Of a DNA stretch of 64,000 nt, positions 60,301 through 64,000 are shown piece after piece (position 1 is the stretch's first letter; every line of letters begins with the position of its first letter). The notes beneath the pieces are model-generated. The model made no database searches. It was given only the letters and a program-made list of their open reading frames with translations, and had not been told where the DNA came from. Origin of the DNA: Microthyrium microscopicum (lineage: Eukaryota); the NCBI GenBank assembly GCA_010405405.1, contig MU004238.1, forward strand, positions 1,747,530 to 1,811,529, read 5' to 3'. A program made the translations under genes and the position numbers.

Positions 60301-62704
60301 TACTTGGCCTTTTCTCATCGCAAAATGAACACCGTGTGGGAGTTGTCTGCGCGAAACATGGACTCGGAGGACATTGATTGTGACCTCTCCTTGGAAAAGC
60401 TCAAAGCTGGCGACAAGGTCGTAGGCTTTGTCCATAAGTACAACGAAGGTTGGCTACTAGTCAAGCTTTCTCCCACTGTGTTCGGTCGCGTTGCATTCGT
60501 GGACCTCACAAGTGAGATTTCCAAGCTCAAGACAGTTGAGAAGAGCTTTCCTTTGGGATCGGCTCTGGACCTCACTGTTACCTACGTCAACGTGGAGAAG
60601 AGAAAGATCAACCTGTCAGCGAAAGGTCACATTGTCGATGAAATTGAGAGCTTCTCAGACATCACTCTTGGTGCAACGTTGACTGGCAGAATCACCTCCA
60701 TCAAAGATCATGGCTTGACAGTACGATTAAGCAACAAGGTCTCTGGCTTCGTGCCATTGATCGAATTGTCTGATGATTACTCTGAGGCAAAGCCGGACAA
60801 TCATTCGCAGAATGAGCTTGTCAACGTCAAAGTGGTTCACACTGATCCTGCAAACAAAAAGGTCTATCTCTCATTGAGACCGTCTCTTGTTCTCAGCTCT
60901 GCACTACCCGTTGTAGACCGACAGATCACATCCATTTCACAGCTCAAAGTTAACGACATCGTACGCGGATTCGTCAAGAAAGTGGCTGACAAGGCGGTAT
61001 TTGTTGCACTTGGGCCAAATGTTGATGCAATTATCCGCATTGGTGACTTGTCAGACGCTTTCGTCAAAGATTGGAAAACCGTCTGCACTGTTGACCAGCT
61101 CGTCAAAGGCAAAATTCTCGCAATTGATCAAGATTATGGGAACGTCCGAATGACTCTTAAAGCATCCATGTTCGACGAGAATTATGTTGCTCCTCTGGAA
61201 TTTGGGGACCTAAAGGTTGGACAAATCTGCTCGGCGAAGGTTCGCAAAGTTGAGGACTACGGCGTTTTCATACTGCTTGATAACTCGAAGAATATTAGTG
61301 GCCTGTGCCATAAAAGTGAAATTGCAGATCAGCGAGTGGAAGATGTCACGAAACTCTATGAAGTTGGAGATGCGGTCAAGGCAATTGTGCTCAAGGTTGA
61401 TAAAGACCGAAAACGGATCAACTTTGGTCTCAAGGCTTCGTACTTCAAGGACAGCAGTGAGGTCAACGACGAGGACGGTGACAATGATTCAGACGTCATA
61501 ATGGAGGAAGACTCGGATAATGAGCTTGTCAATGGAGGCGTTGAGTCAGACGAAGAGGATGAAGCCGAAGCTGGTGCAGCCGCTGACAATGAGCCGGTGG
61601 CCGATAACGAGGATGAAGAAATGTCAGATGCGGAGCCAGAAGATGCTGAACCCGCCGCACAAGGCCTTGCCACAGGTGGTTTCGACTGGTCTGGAACAAT
61701 CAACGACGAGAAGATGGCTCTTGATGAGTCAGATCTTGAAACACTTGGTGAGGTATACAAGAAAAAGAAGAAGAAGGCTGAGATTCAAGTTGACAAAACT
61801 GGCGAGCTCGACAAATTTGGCCCTCAAGCGGTAGCCGATTTTGAGCGTCTTCTCCTAGGTCAGCCAAACTCTTCGAGTGTCTGGATTCAATATATGGCAT
61901 TTCAACTCGGTCTTGGTGAAGTTGACAAAGCTCGAGCCATTGCAGAGCGTGCTCTGAAAACCATCAATATGCGTGAGGAAGACGAAAAGATGAACGTGTG
62001 GATTGCGCTTCTGAATTTAGAGAACACTTACGGCAGCGATGAATCTGTTGACGATGCTTTCAAACGAGCGTGCAGCTTCAATGACAAGCAAGAAATGCAC
62101 CAACGCCTCGTCAGTATCTTCATTGAGTCCGGCAAACACGACGTAAGTTCTCTGTGTTTTTTCACAACACAACAAACTAATGAATTTCCAGCGCGCCGAA
62201 AATCTATTCCAAAGCATGACTCACATGAAAGATATAACCGCCCAAATCCCCTTCTGGCTGAACTACGCCACTTTTCTCCTCACCACCCTCAACAAATCCG
62301 ACGCTGCTCGCGGCCTGCTCATGCGCGCCATGCAATCCGTTCCGTCCGACGACCACTATATGCTGACCGCCAAATTTGGTGCTCTCGAGTTCACGTCTAC
62401 TAACGGCGACACGGAGCGTGGACGCACCGTCCTCGAAGGTCTACTGAGCACGTTCCCGAAGAAATTGGATCTTTGGGATATGTATGTTGATCTGGAGAAG
62501 GCACATGGGAGTGTCGATAAGGTCAAGCATTTGTATGATCGGATGGCGAAGTCTAAAATGAAGAAACGACGGGCAAAATTTGTGTTTGGAAAGTGGTTGG
62601 AGTACGAGGAGAAAAATGGAAATAAGGGAGATCAGGAGAGGGTCAAGGCGTTGGCGGCCGCTTATGTGCAGAAGTTGAAGAAGGCGGAGGAGGACGAGGA
62701 GTAG
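57346..62704 (+). CDS. RRP5: rRNA biogenesis protein Rrp5 (tandem S1 domains plus C-terminal HAT/TPR), 2 exons
   Basis: FPRGG..LTPLE, many S1 repeats, DFERLLLGQPNSSSVWIQYMAF. Intron 62143-62192. Confidence 0.97.
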
Positions 62705-63064
62705 GCTGGATAGTGAGATCAAGATTGAAATCTTTGTAGCGTTGTTGTCATCACGATTGCATTTTTCAGGGGTTTGTTTACATCTTTGCAGTGACAAGAT
62801 TATTGGGATATACCAATCAACACAACGTCTTCCTTCCGGGATTTATCGTTGCATGTCTGCCCTAGGCTATTCACTTTGCTTACGGACCTCTGGATATTCA
62901 CCCATGCTTATTCATGTCTTGTCCATATTTCGAAAGGGCGTGGTTTTACACAACCGATATCGCCGACACCAATGACTCAACGCGTACTCTTATTCCCAGG
63001 CTAACTCAACTGCCAATTGAGGAGCAAGATTATTTGGACTATTTTCCCTGAACATTAAACCATC

Positions 63065-64000
63065 ATGAAGGGCATTCCAGGATTTAAGATTGATAAATGG
63101 GGTATGTCGTCTCTATGAGCTTGGAAAGGCAGAAAATAATCTAACAATATTTCCAGTCCAAGAGTACGGAGTACGTTCTATATCAACAACATCCAAGGCT
63201 AAAGCTAACAATCTTTGTCTCTAAGCCCAAGTCGCAAATTTCACTTCACAGTATATCTCTTGGCCATGACGATGCCTTAACGGCTCACTAAACATATCGC
63301 AGGTTCCGTCATTTCCCCAATATCATTGCGAGAACTCCAGAAACTAGCCCCAGAGGAATCCCAAGCAGCCATAGACTATGATCTACCCCTGAACTATGGC
63401 CCCGTTCAAGGCTCAGTAAAACTCAGGCAGCGTATCGCTGAACTGCATTCATCGCCAAAAGTTCAACTCACTGAAGAGAATGTCATCATCACCACTGGTT
63501 CCATTCTTGCAAACTACCTCGTCCTTACCAGCATCTGCGGAGAAGGAGATCATGTTATTTGCCAATATCCAACGTACGGCCAACTTTATGCGTTGCCTCG
63601 ATTTGTGGGCGCAGAGGTGGATATGTGGGAGATGCGTGCTGAGAATCAATGGATACCCAGCGTCGAGGAACTCGCTGCGATGATAAAGCCAAATACCAAA
63701 GCTATAATTCTCAAGTACGGCCCCAGAAACCCACGTTCGTGCATTGCGGAATATACTGATGATCTCAAGTAACCCCAGCAATCCTACTGGTACTGTGCTC
63801 CCCGAGGCCGTCCTTGAAAATATTGTAAAGCTAGCTGAAAAGCATAACATCCTCCTCTTTTCTGACGAGGTTTTCGCTCCCTTATTCCACAGCTCTGTCA
63901 CTGCTCCGCCGCTCATATCGCTCGGATATCCGAAGACCATTGCGACGGGCTCGGTCTCAAAGGCCCAAGGCTTGGCTGGCGTGCGAGTAGGCTGGATCGT
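63065..64000 (+). CDS. PLP-dependent class I/II aminotransferase, 3' end outside the window
   Basis: LNYGPVQGS..LRQRIA, IITTGSI.AN, YPTYGQLY, NNPSNPTG, FSDEVF, SVSKAQGLAGVRVGW. Starts with two micro-exons. Confidence 0.92.

Overview
Gene-dense, intron-containing genomic DNA from a filamentous ascomycete (Pezizomycotina; GT-AG introns with CTAAC-type branch points). It carries about 27 protein-coding genes and one pseudogene. Housekeeping genes include kinesin-3, TRM3, SmD3, GEP4, UTP8-like, CDT2-like, NPT1 and RRP5. Metabolic or secreted-enzyme genes include a proline racemase-family enzyme, an alpha/beta hydrolase, an SDR reductase, an M13 peptidase, a GST, a deaminase, an ABCC transporter, a carboxylesterase and a PLP aminotransferase. 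No rRNA, tRNA, CRISPR or intact transposon was seen. The most interesting part is an accessory block at about 21.6-28.5 kb. (1) It contains a secreted KEX2-processed repeat (KEP) precursor. (2) A GST has a perfect PTS2 hidden upstream of its AUG, behind a well-placed CUG. (3) Three unrelated, tandem minus-strand orphan genes share one promoter/leader design: a TATA box followed 63-65 nt later by a UUAGAU-CNGGN-AUCUAA stem-loop matching the Smaug/Vts1 recognition element. This suggests an undescribed post-transcriptional regulon. All gene calls are by eye from motifs; no database search was run, and exon limits are approximate unless stated.
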